Positions 28,126 through 37,696 are shown, numbered from the whole stretch's first letter. The stretch: DNA of 62,312 nt, filler included, from Chthonomonadaceae bacterium (GCA_035650735.1; 3 parts of 3 records of this genome joined end to end with filler, not necessarily neighbours in it); one strand, 5' to 3'. The notes: generated by a model not told the origin, from the letters alone. Numbers and translations are program-made.

Positions 28126-28575
28126 CTACAGGGTCGGACTCAGGCGCAGTTGAAGTTCCAGCGCCCCGCTCAGGGTGTTATAGAGAGGGGAGCGCCGGAG
28201 CGTCTCCTGCCAGAGAGCTTCCAGAGCCTCGGCCTCGGCGTCGGCAGAGACATAGAGGGTTCCCTCAATGCGCGCAATGCCGGGATGGCCCTCTTCGCCG
28301 ACGACGTCAAGGGCCACCAGAGGATTATGCAGGCAACAGGAAGCGGAGAATTCAAGCGCATCGAGAGGCAGCCGCTGTTTGTGCGCGAGGGTACGAAAGG
28401 TGGCGGTGAGATCGGCGGCTAATGCGCCCAGCATCATCTCGAGCGCGGAGGGGTGCTCATCGGTAGGGCGAAAACTGAGGGGATCGCCTATGGGGAAGGC
28501 GTGATTGCGGGCATGAACCGTAACGGTCCGTGCGGCCTCGGCGCGAACTCGCACCGTCCAGAGGAAGGGGTTCAT
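28126..28575 (-). CDS. OsmC-like protein
   Basis: PSALEMMLGALAADL ... RSPLYNTL; the usual OsmC Cys positions appear replaced. Confidence 0.7.
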   Translation of the reverse strand: MNPFLWTVRVRAEAARTVTVHARNHAFPIGDPLSFRPTDEHPSALEMMLGALAADLTATFRTLAHKQRLPLDALEFSASCCLHNPLVALDVVGEEGHPGIARIEGTLYVSADAEAEALEALWQETLRRSPLYNTLSGALELQLRLSPTL

Positions 28576-28773
28576 GTCCTCCCCGCCCCGATATAGCGAT
28601 AAAGACTGAGAGCTTGCATCACGGGTGACTCTTCAGGCAAAAGTGGGTAGCGACCGTTTCCGCTTGCAAAGCGATTGTGCAGTAGTGTTTGACATTGGCC
28701 CGCCGATTCCTCCTCTGCGCAGAAAAGCCAGGGGCCTTCCGTACGTGCAGAGGCGTCAGCATGGAACAAGTCG

Positions 28774-28802
28774 TTGACGGAGGCTGCTTAATCGGATATA
28801 AT
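28774..28802 (+). promoter_or_regulatory. sigma70 promoter
   Basis: TTGACG-17 nt-TATAAT. Confidence 0.7.
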
Positions 28803-28861
28803 ATAGGGGCTCTTTCGGTAGTCATTGCGCTACCTGGAGCACTCCATTTCAGGATATATTC

Positions 28862-29389
28862 ATGCCTTTTCGCTTGCTGCGGCAGGCCGCCGCTATTGGC
28901 TTTATGGCCCTGCTGCTCTGGGCCGCGACCGCTCTCGCCGCGCCCGGCGCAAACCGCTACGTCAATACCGAGGATCATTACTCCTTTGCGCCGCCCGCCG
29001 GCTGGAAGCAGAATACACGGGCGCTGCCCAAGCCGTTTGTTCTCTTTGTCGGGCCTATCGAGCAGCAGTTTGCCGTGAACCTGAATATCTACAGCGAGCC
29101 TATCGGCAATATGTCGTTGGATCAGTACGTCGCGCTGAGCAAGCAGAAGGCGGCGCAATCCAAAATCGTGACGATATCTGCGGTTCGTCCTGCTAAGCTG
29201 GACGGCGTTCCGGCCTACCGCCTGAGCGGCACGCTGCAGATGGGAGCGCGCAAAGTGGCAAACCGGCAGGTCGTGTGCGTGCGCAACAAGCGCGGCTATG
29301 TGCTGACTCTCTCCGCGTCACCGGCCACTATCAAGAAATACGACCCGGTTTTCGATAAAATTATCGCTTCCTTTACATGGGAAAAATAA
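28862..29389 (+). CDS. Secreted PsbP/DcrB-like protein
   Basis: Signal peptide; YSFAPPAGW, LDGVPAY, YVLT, FDKIIASF. Confidence 0.7.
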   Translation: MPFRLLRQAAAIGFMALLLWAATALAAPGANRYVNTEDHYSFAPPAGWKQNTRALPKPFVLFVGPIEQQFAVNLNIYSEPIGNMSLDQYVALSKQKAAQSKIVTISAVRPAKLDGVPAYRLSGTLQMGARKVANRQVVCVRNKRGYVLTLSASPATIKKYDPVFDKIIASFTWEK

Positions 29390-29406
29390 GAAGGATACCA
29401 ACTCTC

Positions 29407-29508
29407 ATGCGAGTCGTCACCCTGATACGCGCCCTTTTGGATCGAAGGCGTTTTAGCGTCTCCTGGGTAACGATCATCGTGATTCCGCAGGCGGCGCAGG
29501 CGGCCTAA
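29407..29508 (+). CDS. Putative ileS leader peptide (33 aa)
   Basis: MRVVTLIRALLDRRRFSVSWVTIIVIPQAAQAA*; Ile cluster just upstream of a terminator. Confidence 0.65.
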   Translation: MRVVTLIRALLDRRRFSVSWVTIIVIPQAAQAA

Positions 29509-29533
29509 CGGTTCTTCCGTCCCACCGGCCCCG

Positions 29534-29594
29534 GCGTCGCCGTTCTCCCGCGCTCGGCCGAGACGCTCAGGCGTTCTCCGGCGGCGCGTTTTTT
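29534..29594 (+). terminator. Attenuator terminator in the ileS leader
   Basis: GCGTCGCCG/CGGCGGCGC stem followed by TTTTTT. Confidence 0.65.
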
Positions 29595-29620
29595 ACGTCA
29601 ACGGCTCTTTTCCAACCGAT

Positions 29621-29719
29621 TTAGACAGGATGAACAGGATTTACGGGATTAGAGTTTAAGGGAGAAGCCGAGCTTGTCTGTGCGGCTAAAACCCGGTTAA
29701 TCCCGTTAATCCTGTCCAA
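29621..29719. mobile_element. CAGGATT-type MITE in the ileS 5' UTR
   Basis: GACAGGATGAACAGGATTTACGGGATT ... AATCCCGTTAATCCTGTC. Confidence 0.7.
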
Positions 29720-29739
29720 AGGGTTTGAAGGAATTCACG

Positions 29740-32700
29740 ATGACTGCTCCCACGAGACAAGATACCGAAACGAAGGACGACTATCGCCAAACGCTCAACA
29801 TCACCCTGAGCGATAAAGACCCCGGCGCCTTCCCGCAGCGGGGCAACCTGCCGGCCAAAGAGCCGGAATACCAGCGGCGTTGGGAGGCGATGGACCTCTA
29901 TCGCAAGAGCCTGGAGAAGCCCGCCCCGCGCGGTTCCTTCATCCTGCACGACGGCCCGCCCTACTCCAATGGCAACATCCATCTCGGGCACGCTCTGAAC
30001 AAGGTCGCCAAAGACATCGTGACCCGGTTCCGAACCATGCAGGGCTACCAGTCGCCCTATGTTCCCGGCTGGGACAATCACGGTATGCCCATCGAGAACG
30101 CGGTGGCGAAGCAGTTCCGCGAGCGGAAGCAGAACCCGGACCGCGTGACGCTGCGGCGCGCCTGCCGGGAGTATGCGGCCCATTGGGTGGACGTGCAGCG
30201 CGAGCAGTTCAAGCGGCTTGGCGTGCGCGGTGACTGGGACGACCCCTACCTGACGATGAGCCGGGACTTCGAGGCTAAGATCGTCGAGGTGTTTGCGGAG
30301 CTGGCTCTTCAGGGCTTCATCTATCGCGGCCTCAAGCCGGTGCTCTGGTGCGCCACCTGCGAGACGGCCCTGGCCGACGCCGAAGTCGAATATGAGCCGC
30401 ACACCTCCAACAGCATCTACGTGCGCTTCCCGCTCTGGGAAGACCCGATGGGTGTCTTTAACCTGCCGGGCGCCGCGCCCGCCGGCCACGGCCACCCGGG
30501 CGCCGGCATCCCTGGCTATGCCGCCATCTGGACGACCACGCCCTGGACGATCCCGGCGAACTTAGCCCTGGCCGTCCATCCTGATGCGGAGTACGCGCTG
30601 GTCCGCGCCACACACGGCAGCACAGCAATAGAAGACGCGCAGAAGACGGATCAAAACCAGGAGGGAACGGATTCCCCTTCCGCTTATTACCTGGTGGCCG
30701 TGCCGCTGGTGGAGGCGACCATGCAGGCGATAGGCGCTGCCTCTTACGAGGTCGCCAAGACGCTGCCCGGCGTGGGGCTACAGGGCCTGGTCTTCAAGCA
30801 CCCGCTGTTCCACCGCACGGCCCCAGTCGTGCAGGCCGATTACGTGACTATGGATACCGGCACCGGCGTCGTCCATACCGCGCCCGGACACGGCAAGGAG
30901 GACTTCGAGACGGGCCAGAAGTATGGCCTGGAGGTGCTCTGCCCGGTGGACGAGTCGGGCCGCTACACGGCCCAGGCGGGCGAATACGAGGGCCAGCCCT
31001 TCCAGGGCCTGCGCGTGGCGACGATTGGCGAGGAGAAGGGCCGGAGCAGCGAGGCCGATACCGCCGTGATCGCCGCGCTCAAGCAGTCGGGCAACCTGCT
31101 CGCGCACAGTCAGATCGAGCACTCGTACCCGCACTGCTGGCGCTGCCATAGCCCGCTCATCTTCCGGGCCACGGTGCAGTGGTTTATGGATATTGACCAT
31201 CACCATCACCGGGAGAAGGCGCTGCAGGCCATCCAGGAGGTGATCTGGTATCCGCAGAACAGCATCAACCGCATCACCAACATGGTCGCCAACCGCCCGG
31301 ACTGGTGCGTCTCCCGGCAGCGGTCGTGGGGCGTGGGCATCCCGGCGTTCTACTGCAACGCCTGCGGGGAGCATATCCTGACCAAGGAGAGCCTACAGGC
31401 CGTGGTGGAGCTGGTCAAGCAGGAAGGCTCGGATGCCTGGTACGAGAAGTCGCCGGAGGCGATCCTGCCCTGCGACTTCCGCTGCCCGCATTGCGGCGCG
31501 GCGCCGACGGAGCTGCGCAAGGAGACGGACGTGCTGGATGTCTGGTTCGACTCCGGCTCGACCAACCGCGCCGTGCTGGAAAACTCCCTGCACTGGCCGC
31601 TGCTCCGGTGGCCCGCCGACCTCTACCTGGAGGGCGGCGACCAGCATCGCGGCTGGTTCAACTCGTCGCTGATGATCGCCGTCGCCACGAAGGGTGCCGC
31701 GCCCTACCGTGCCGTCGTCACCAACGGCTGGACGCTGGACGAGCAGGGCCGCCCGATGCATAAGAGCCTGGGCAACGTCGTTAATCCCCTCTCCGTCATC
31801 GAGCGGTATGGGGCCGACGTGCTGCGCTGGTGGGTCGCCTCCACCGACTTTATGGAGGATGTCGGCCTGGGCGAGAACGTGCTTAAGCAGGTTGCGGAGA
31901 CGTACCGGCGCATCCGCAACACGTTCCGCTTCCTGCTCAATAACCTCTACGACTTCGACCCGGTTCGAGATGCCGTTGCCGAGTCGGAGATGGAGGAGCT
32001 CGACCGCTGGGCGCTGGCCCAACTGGATCGCGTAGCACAGACCTCTCTGGCCGCCTATGAGGTCTATGCGTTTCATCGGGTCTACCATGCGGTGCATAAC
32101 TTTTGCGCCGTGGAGCTATCGGCGTTCTACCTGGACGTGCTCAAGGATCGGCTCTACGCCTCCAGAGCGGACTGGAAGGCGCGGCGGTCGGCACAGACGG
32201 CCCTGCACCGCCTGGCAGATACGCTGGCCCGGCTGCTCGCCCCGATCCTCGTCCATACGGCAGAGGAGGTCTGGGACCATCTGAAGATGCCGAACAAGCC
32301 GGAGAGCGTGCACCTGGCGGAGATGCCGGAGCCGCGCACGCCCGATGCTGAGCTGCTGGCGCGCTGGGAGCCGGTGCTGGCCGCGCGGGAGGCGGTGAAA
32401 AAGGCGTTGGAGGAGGCGCGGCAATCTGGCGTGATCGGCAACCGGCTGGAGTCGCGCGTAGCCCTGCGGGCCGACGTCGAAACCTACCGCGCCCTGGAGC
32501 CGTATGCGGATCAGCTCCCGGCAGTGTTCCTGGTGTCTCAGGTGGAACTCAACAGCGCGCGCTCGGAACCGGGCCTGGAAGTGGAGGTGACGCCTGCCGA
32601 GGGCGTCAAGTGCGCGCGCTGCTGGCTGATCAAGACGGACGTGGGCGCCGACCCGGCCTATCCTGACCTGTGCGCCCGTTGCGCGGCGGCAGTTCGCTGA
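29740..32700 (+). CDS. ileS: Isoleucyl-tRNA synthetase (type 1)
   Basis: LHDGPPY.NG.IHLGH, WTTTPWTIPAN, GTGVVHTAPGHG, DWCVSRQR, PMHKS, C-terminal Zn finger CARCW..CARC. Confidence 0.97.
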   Translation: MTAPTRQDTETKDDYRQTLNITLSDKDPGAFPQRGNLPAKEPEYQRRWEAMDLYRKSLEKPAPRGSFILHDGPPYSNGNIHLGHALNKVAKDIVTRFRTMQGYQSPYVPGWDNHGMPIENAVAKQFRERKQNPDRVTLRRACREYAAHWVDVQREQFKRLGVRGDWDDPYLTMSRDFEAKIVEVFAELALQGFIYRGLKPVLWCATCETALADAEVEYEPHTSNSIYVRFPLWEDPMGVFNLPGAAPAGHGHPGAGIPGYAAIWTTTPWTIPANLALAVHPDAEYALVRATHGSTAIEDAQKTDQNQEGTDSPSAYYLVAVPLVEATMQAIGAASYEVAKTLPGVGLQGLVFKHPLFHRTAPVVQADYVTMDTGTGVVHTAPGHGKEDFETGQKYGLEVLCPVDESGRYTAQAGEYEGQPFQGLRVATIGEEKGRSSEADTAVIAALKQSGNLLAHSQIEHSYPHCWRCHSPLIFRATVQWFMDIDHHHHREKALQAIQEVIWYPQNSINRITNMVANRPDWCVSRQRSWGVGIPAFYCNACGEHILTKESLQAVVELVKQEGSDAWYEKSPEAILPCDFRCPHCGAAPTELRKETDVLDVWFDSGSTNRAVLENSLHWPLLRWPADLYLEGGDQHRGWFNSSLMIAVATKGAAPYRAVVTNGWTLDEQGRPMHKSLGNVVNPLSVIERYGADVLRWWVASTDFMEDVGLGENVLKQVAETYRRIRNTFRFLLNNLYDFDPVRDAVAESEMEELDRWALAQLDRVAQTSLAAYEVYAFHRVYHAVHNFCAVELSAFYLDVLKDRLYASRADWKARRSAQTALHRLADTLARLLAPILVHTAEEVWDHLKMPNKPESVHLAEMPEPRTPDAELLARWEPVLAAREAVKKALEEARQSGVIGNRLESRVALRADVETYRALEPYADQLPAVFLVSQVELNSARSEPGLEVEVTPAEGVKCARCWLIKTDVGADPAYPDLCARCAAAVR

Positions 32701-32713
32701 CCTCACTCCGGTG

Positions 32714-32850
32714 GCCCTCGCCCCCAACCCCTCTCCCGGCGCTGCGGGAGAGGAGAAGCGGGGTTCCACCCTCATCCCCGTCCCTTCTCCCTGCTAGGGA
32801 GAAGGGGAAAGAGAAGCCAACGCTGACCCTCCCCTCCCCTGTTCTTGGGG
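32714..32850. repeat. REP-like family A cluster
   Basis: CCTCTCCCGGCGCTGCGGGAGAGG and related hairpins. Confidence 0.85.
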
Positions 32851-33002
32851 ATCGCGAGGCAGAGGGCTGTGGCAAGGCGGAGGCAGGGGCCCTAACCCTG
32901 CCGACGGCCAGTATTCGCAACCCTTCCACCTTGATGTTGATGTCGCAAGGCGGAGGCAGAGGCCGTAACCCTGCCGACCCTGGCAGTCCGTTGCAGGCCC
33001 GA
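32851..33002. mobile_element. Second REP-inserted element with CRISPR-like mini-array (truncated by contig end)
   Basis: Repeats 32869-32905 and 32942-32978; spacer 32906-32941 identical to 15460-15495. Confidence 0.65.
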
Positions 33003-33102
33003 NNNNNNNNNNNNNNNNNNNNNNNNNNNNNNNNNNNNNNNNNNNNTTAATTAATTAANNNNNNNNNNNNNNNNNNNNNNNNNNNNNNNNNNNNNNNNNN
33101 NN
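33003..33102. other. Artificial contig linker
   Basis: N-run/TTAATTAATTAA/N-run, 100 nt. Confidence 0.97.
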
Positions 33103-33103
33103 C

Positions 33104-33349
33104 AACCACCTGGTCACGGTGGTCATTCCCGAATTCGTGCCTACCAAGTGGTGGCATCATCTGCTGCATGGCAACCAGGGCTTGCTGCTCAAGTTTGCTT
33201 TGTTGGGGCGAAACGATGTCATCGTGGCCAACGTGCGCTACTATTTGCAGGAGTTGAATGCCTCGCCGCCCACCGATGCCCTAACCGAGGACGCGGCCCT
33301 TGCAGGACCGTTGGAGATAGTAGGCGGAGACTCGGCCCGTGATCATTAA
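33104..33349 (+). CDS. C-terminus of an APC-family (YdaO/KimA-like) transporter, 5' end lost at contig start
   Basis: VTVVIPEFVPTKWWHHLLH.NQ.LLLK..L motif. Confidence 0.75.
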   Translation, partial: NHLVTVVIPEFVPTKWWHHLLHGNQGLLLKFALLGRNDVIVANVRYYLQELNASPPTDALTEDAALAGPLEIVGGDSARDH

Positions 33350-33531
33350 ACCACTGGCTCATTGAAATTGGTAATCGCTCCCAACGGTATTGACGTATCT
33401 CCTCAGCAGCAGGCTGCGTGAGATTGATCCACACGGCTGGGAGTGTCTACCTTGAAATTGGAATAGCAGGATTTCCCCCGGTTGGCAGGGAATGCTCCTG
33501 CCGACGACTACTACCTGGGAGCCTCTGCATA

Positions 33532-36171
33532 ATGGATAGCACACGCCCGCTCGACCCACTCTGCGCGCCCGCCCCGCAGCGCGCCTTCACCGGGGAGAAC
33601 CTGCGCGCGGTCGCCATGCCCCTCGGCGGCATCGGCACGGGAAGTCTCGCCCTCTGCGGCGACGGTAGCCTGCGGCAATGGCAGCTTTGCAACAACGTGA
33701 ATCATCTCGCCTTCGTACCCCATAGTTTTTTCGCCGTCCGCGCTCAGCGCCAGGGGCAGCCCGCCGTCGCGCGCGTCCTGCAATCCGGAGCCCTCTATCA
33801 CGAGGAGTTCGCCCCCATTCCCTCGGTCAACGACTACGTGATCCCGGAGGAATGCAAGCGGCTGCTGGAAGTTCTTCCCGGCGTGCAGGCGACCGAGTTT
33901 GTCGGCGAATACCCGACTGCCTCGGTACGCTACCTGGACGAGGCGCTGCCGGTTGAGGTCATGCTGACCGCCTACTCGCCCTTTTGCCCGCTGGATGCCC
34001 AGACCTCCGGCCTCCCCGCCGTGATCTTCCGCTTCACGGCGCGCAATCCCGCCGACCGGCCCGCAGGCGTCCACTTCGCGGCCACGCTCCAGAACTTCGT
34101 CGGCTGGGATGGCATTCAGAACATCGTCGGCGTGGAGTGCTCGCGCTACGGCGGCAACCAGAACCACGTCCTGCGCCTGCGCGGTCTGACGGCCGTCGTC
34201 ATGGAAAACCTGAAACTGCCCGCCAACCACCCGCACAACGGTTCGCTCTGCCTGGCGACGCTGCAAGCCGATGCCAATGCCTGCCCCGCCTGGGACGACC
34301 TGACCACGTTCTGGAGCGATTTTACGCGCAACGCGCCCGTGCTGGCAGCCATTCCGGCCTGGCCCGCGACACCCGACGGGCGCACGATTAACGGCGCGCT
34401 CTCTGTCCCGGTACACCTGGAACCCGGCGAGGAGAAGACGGTCACTTTCGTTCTGGCCTGGCATTTCCCCAACCGCTACGTGGACTGGGGACAGGGGTTC
34501 AGCGGCATCGAAGACCGCAAGAGCCTGTTCTGGCAGGGCAACGCCTACAACACCCGATTCGCCAGCGCCGCCGCTGTCGCCGAGTACGTGCGCGATAATT
34601 TCGAGCGATTGGACGCGATCACGCGCCGGTTCCGCGATACCTTCTTCGACAGCACACTGCCCTACGAAATCCTGGATACGGTCTCCTCGCAGCTCTCGAT
34701 TATCCGCACGCCGACCTGCCTCTGGACGGAGGACGGACGGTTCCACGCCTTTGAGGGCTGCGGTGGGGCCAGCACCGGCGGCTGGCTGGCGACGGGCGGC
34801 TGCTGCCCGCTCAACTGTACGCACGTGTGGAACTACGAGATGGCGCTGGCCGCGCTGTTCCCCGATCTGGAACGCACGATGCGCGAAACCGACCTGTTCC
34901 ATCAGCTCCACCCCTCCGGATATCTGCCGCACCGCACGGTGCTGCCGCTCTATCTGCCCCGCGCCTGGGAACGGGGCATCGGCGGGCCGCACAATCCGGC
35001 GCTGGACGGCCTGCTGGGCATGGTCCTTAAGACCTACCGCGAACACCGCCGCTGCGCCGACCCGGAATGGCTGCCGCGCGTCTGGCCCCAGATCAAGAAG
35101 GCCATGCAGCACGTTATGACCGTTCACGACGCGGACGGCGATGGCGTCATCAAGGGCGAGCAGCCCAATACCTACGACATTTCGATCTATGGCCCGAACA
35201 CGTTCATCGGGACGCTCTATCTGGCGGCGCTGCGCGCGGCGGAGGAGATGGCGCAACTGCAAGGGGAGCCGGAACTGGCGGCGCAGTATCGGGAGCGCTA
35301 CGAGAAGGGGCGGCAGGGCTACGACGACCTGCTCTGGAACGGGGAGTACTGGATTCAGATCTATGACCCGGAAAAGAACCCGGAGCAGAACTACGGCAAA
35401 GGCTGCCACTCCGACCACCTGCTAGGGCAGTGGTGGGCGCATATTCTGGGGTTGGGCCATGTTCTTCCACCGGAGCGAGTCAGGAAAGCGGTCGAGAGCA
35501 TCGTTAAGTACAATTTCCGGGAGAACTTCTTCGGGCACAAGCAGGTGCCTCGTGAATTTGCCAGTGACGACGAGCCGGGCGTCCTGATCTGTTCCTGGCC
35601 TCACGGCGGTCGCCCGGAAGTGCCCACGCTCTACTCCGATGAAATCTGGACGGGCATCGAGTACGAAGTCGCGGCCCTCTGCCTCTACGAAGGCATGCCG
35701 GAGGAGGGGTTGGCGATCCTGCGCGCCGTTCGCAGCCGGTACAACGGAAAACGCCGCAGCCCCTGGAACGACGTGGAATGCGGCGACCACTATGCCCGCG
35801 CCATGTCCAGTTGGGCGCTGCTCGACGCGGCCTGCGGCTACCAGTATGATGCTTCGACGGCCTCCCTTTCCCTCGCGCCGCGCCTGGGAGCCGACAGCTT
35901 TCGCGCCTTCTTCATCACGGCAACCGCCTGGGGCACGGCCTCTATCGCGCAGGAGGCAGGCGCAAGGGTCGTCCGCTTGCAGCCCGTCTGGGGCGAACTG
36001 GAATTAAAGACGCTTATCCTCCCCCATACCGGGGCGGCGCAAGTCAACGCGCAGGTCGCGGAAGCCGCTATTCCCTGCACCCTACAGGCGGAGGGGGATA
36101 GCGCGCGCCTTACTTTTGCCGAGCCGGTGCGCGTGCCTCAGGACGGTCGCCTTGCTATTCGCCTCTTGTAA
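33532..36171 (+). CDS. GH116 (GBA2-like) glycoside hydrolase
   Basis: MPLGGIGTGS, NCTHVWNY, DADGDGVI.GEQPNTYD, LWNGEY, EIWTGIEY, ECGDHYARAMSSW. Confidence 0.88.
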   Translation: MDSTRPLDPLCAPAPQRAFTGENLRAVAMPLGGIGTGSLALCGDGSLRQWQLCNNVNHLAFVPHSFFAVRAQRQGQPAVARVLQSGALYHEEFAPIPSVNDYVIPEECKRLLEVLPGVQATEFVGEYPTASVRYLDEALPVEVMLTAYSPFCPLDAQTSGLPAVIFRFTARNPADRPAGVHFAATLQNFVGWDGIQNIVGVECSRYGGNQNHVLRLRGLTAVVMENLKLPANHPHNGSLCLATLQADANACPAWDDLTTFWSDFTRNAPVLAAIPAWPATPDGRTINGALSVPVHLEPGEEKTVTFVLAWHFPNRYVDWGQGFSGIEDRKSLFWQGNAYNTRFASAAAVAEYVRDNFERLDAITRRFRDTFFDSTLPYEILDTVSSQLSIIRTPTCLWTEDGRFHAFEGCGGASTGGWLATGGCCPLNCTHVWNYEMALAALFPDLERTMRETDLFHQLHPSGYLPHRTVLPLYLPRAWERGIGGPHNPALDGLLGMVLKTYREHRRCADPEWLPRVWPQIKKAMQHVMTVHDADGDGVIKGEQPNTYDISIYGPNTFIGTLYLAALRAAEEMAQLQGEPELAAQYRERYEKGRQGYDDLLWNGEYWIQIYDPEKNPEQNYGKGCHSDHLLGQWWAHILGLGHVLPPERVRKAVESIVKYNFRENFFGHKQVPREFASDDEPGVLICSWPHGGRPEVPTLYSDEIWTGIEYEVAALCLYEGMPEEGLAILRAVRSRYNGKRRSPWNDVECGDHYARAMSSWALLDAACGYQYDASTASLSLAPRLGADSFRAFFITATAWGTASIAQEAGARVVRLQPVWGELELKTLILPHTGAAQVNAQVAEAAIPCTLQAEGDSARLTFAEPVRVPQDGRLAIRLL

Positions 36172-36257
36172 GACTGTTTCTCCGACGCACAGCATGGAAT
36201 CGCCCTTAAAGCGGGGAAGGTAGCTACGGCCTTACCCGAAAGGAAAGGCGAATTTCG

Positions 36258-36824
36258 ATGGATTACCGAGAAGCGACCTACACGGATTGCCTGACGATTG
36301 CCACTCTCCATGCCAATAGTTGGCGGCGTACTTACCGCGGCTCCTACCGGGATGAGTTCCTTGACGGTCCCGTCTTCGAGGACCGGAGGGCTGTGTGGGA
36401 GAAGCGGCTGGCGGAGCCACCCGCGAATCAATTCGTCGTCGCCGAGGAGGAAGGCTACCTTGTTGGCTTCGCCTGCGCCTATGGTCGTGTCGATCCGCGA
36501 TGGGGCACCCTCCTCGACAACATCCACGTGCGGCCAGCACAGCAAAGGCAGGGTATCGGAACCGCCCTTGTCGCGGAGGTCGTGGCCTGGTGCCATGCCC
36601 ATTATGCCGACTGCGGGCTCTGGCTTTGGGTCGTGGGGCAAAACGAGCGTGCCCGTCGCTTCTATGAACGGCTTGGCGCGGTCAATAACGGCGCGGAACT
36701 ACGTCCTCCAAGCGCCGGAGGGGGCGCGCCTCGAGAGGTGCATCGCTACTCGTGGGCGACTCTCGACAAGGTGCGTGTTGGTACACGCGGAAGCGCTGAC
36801 CAGCCGCCTGGCGGGCAGCGGTGA
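36258..36824 (+). CDS. GNAT family N-acetyltransferase
   Basis: LDNIHVRP..QRQGIGTAL, N.RARRFYERLG. Confidence 0.9.
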   Translation: MDYREATYTDCLTIATLHANSWRRTYRGSYRDEFLDGPVFEDRRAVWEKRLAEPPANQFVVAEEEGYLVGFACAYGRVDPRWGTLLDNIHVRPAQQRQGIGTALVAEVVAWCHAHYADCGLWLWVVGQNERARRFYERLGAVNNGAELRPPSAGGGAPREVHRYSWATLDKVRVGTRGSADQPPGGQR

Positions 36825-36873
36825 GCCGTAGGGGAACGCCGGGCACCTCAAAGACGGTGCGTGCGGGTGCACG

Positions 36874-37377
36874 TCAACTATCCTGCGGCTGTTGGGCTGC
36901 CTGCTCCTGAATCGCGATAGCACGGTGGCGGCGCAAAATGTCCACCGCAACGGCTGCCGTGTTCTCCTCCGCCTTGATCGTTACCAGCGTTCCTCCCCGC
37001 CGCACGCCTTCGGCAAAATGACCTGCTTGTTCGTGAGGCATGCCCGCTGCCACAAGCGAACCGACCAGGCCGCCTGTTGCTGCGCCTATGCCTGCTCCCA
37101 ACAGCGTCGTTACCAACCATCCCCCCGCCAGCACCGGCCCGACCCCCGGAATGGCTAACTCGCTCAATCCTATCAACAGCCCTGCCAGCCCGCCCACAGC
37201 GGCGCCTTTCTCCGCATCCTTAACGACAAGGTGAGCGCCCTCCAGGTTATCAGGAAGTGCCTGGCGTGAAGCGATGAGACTGATGTCCTCGTGCGTCCAG
37301 CCGCTATTGATCAACTCCTGCATGGCGCTTTGTGCGTCGGCAAGAGTATCGAACAGACCGGTTACGGTCGTTGTCAT
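36874..37377 (-). CDS. General stress protein (YflT-like, glycine-zipper membrane protein)
   Basis: GLFD...AQ.A..EL, GAAVGGLAGLL..AIPGVGPVLAGG, VRRGGTLV. Confidence 0.75.
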   Translation of the reverse strand: MTTTVTGLFDTLADAQSAMQELINSGWTHEDISLIASRQALPDNLEGAHLVVKDAEKGAAVGGLAGLLIGLSELAIPGVGPVLAGGWLVTTLLGAGIGAATGGLVGSLVAAGMPHEQAGHFAEGVRRGGTLVTIKAEENTAAVAVDILRRHRAIAIQEQAAQQPQDS

Positions 37378-37568
37378 CTTGAATCTACCTCCTTATTGGC
37401 ATCGGCAAACCCGCCGCCTGATAGTCCTGGCTTTCCTGCGCACCGGTATAGGCTTGTTCGGCCTCCAGGCGGAGAAGTCCTACTGCCGTTAGGATCTCTT
37501 TCGCGCAGCGCGAAGGAAGCCTGGCTTTCTGTTCCCATAGGGTAGACTTGGCCTTGCCTCTGCAACCA

Positions 37569-37577
37569 TGTTATAAT
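37569..37577 (+). promoter_or_regulatory. Extended -10 promoter
   Basis: TGTTATAAT upstream of the DHOD-like gene. Confidence 0.5.
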
Positions 37578-37696
37578 GGGGGACTTTCTCTCATTCCGGC
37601 ATCAAGCTCGTGGAGGCGCGCGTTGCAGCAATGGGCGAGGTTAACGGCTGCCACACGGCTCACGCTGCGGGCCAACCAGACATGCGAGGTAACAAT

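Noticed and set aside
29390..29740. T-box riboswitch upstream of ileS
   Set aside because: No T-box (GGTGGNACC) or stem I motifs found; a leader peptide explains the region better.
33511..35418. 635-aa minus-strand ORF
   Set aside because: Antisense shadow of the GH116 gene.
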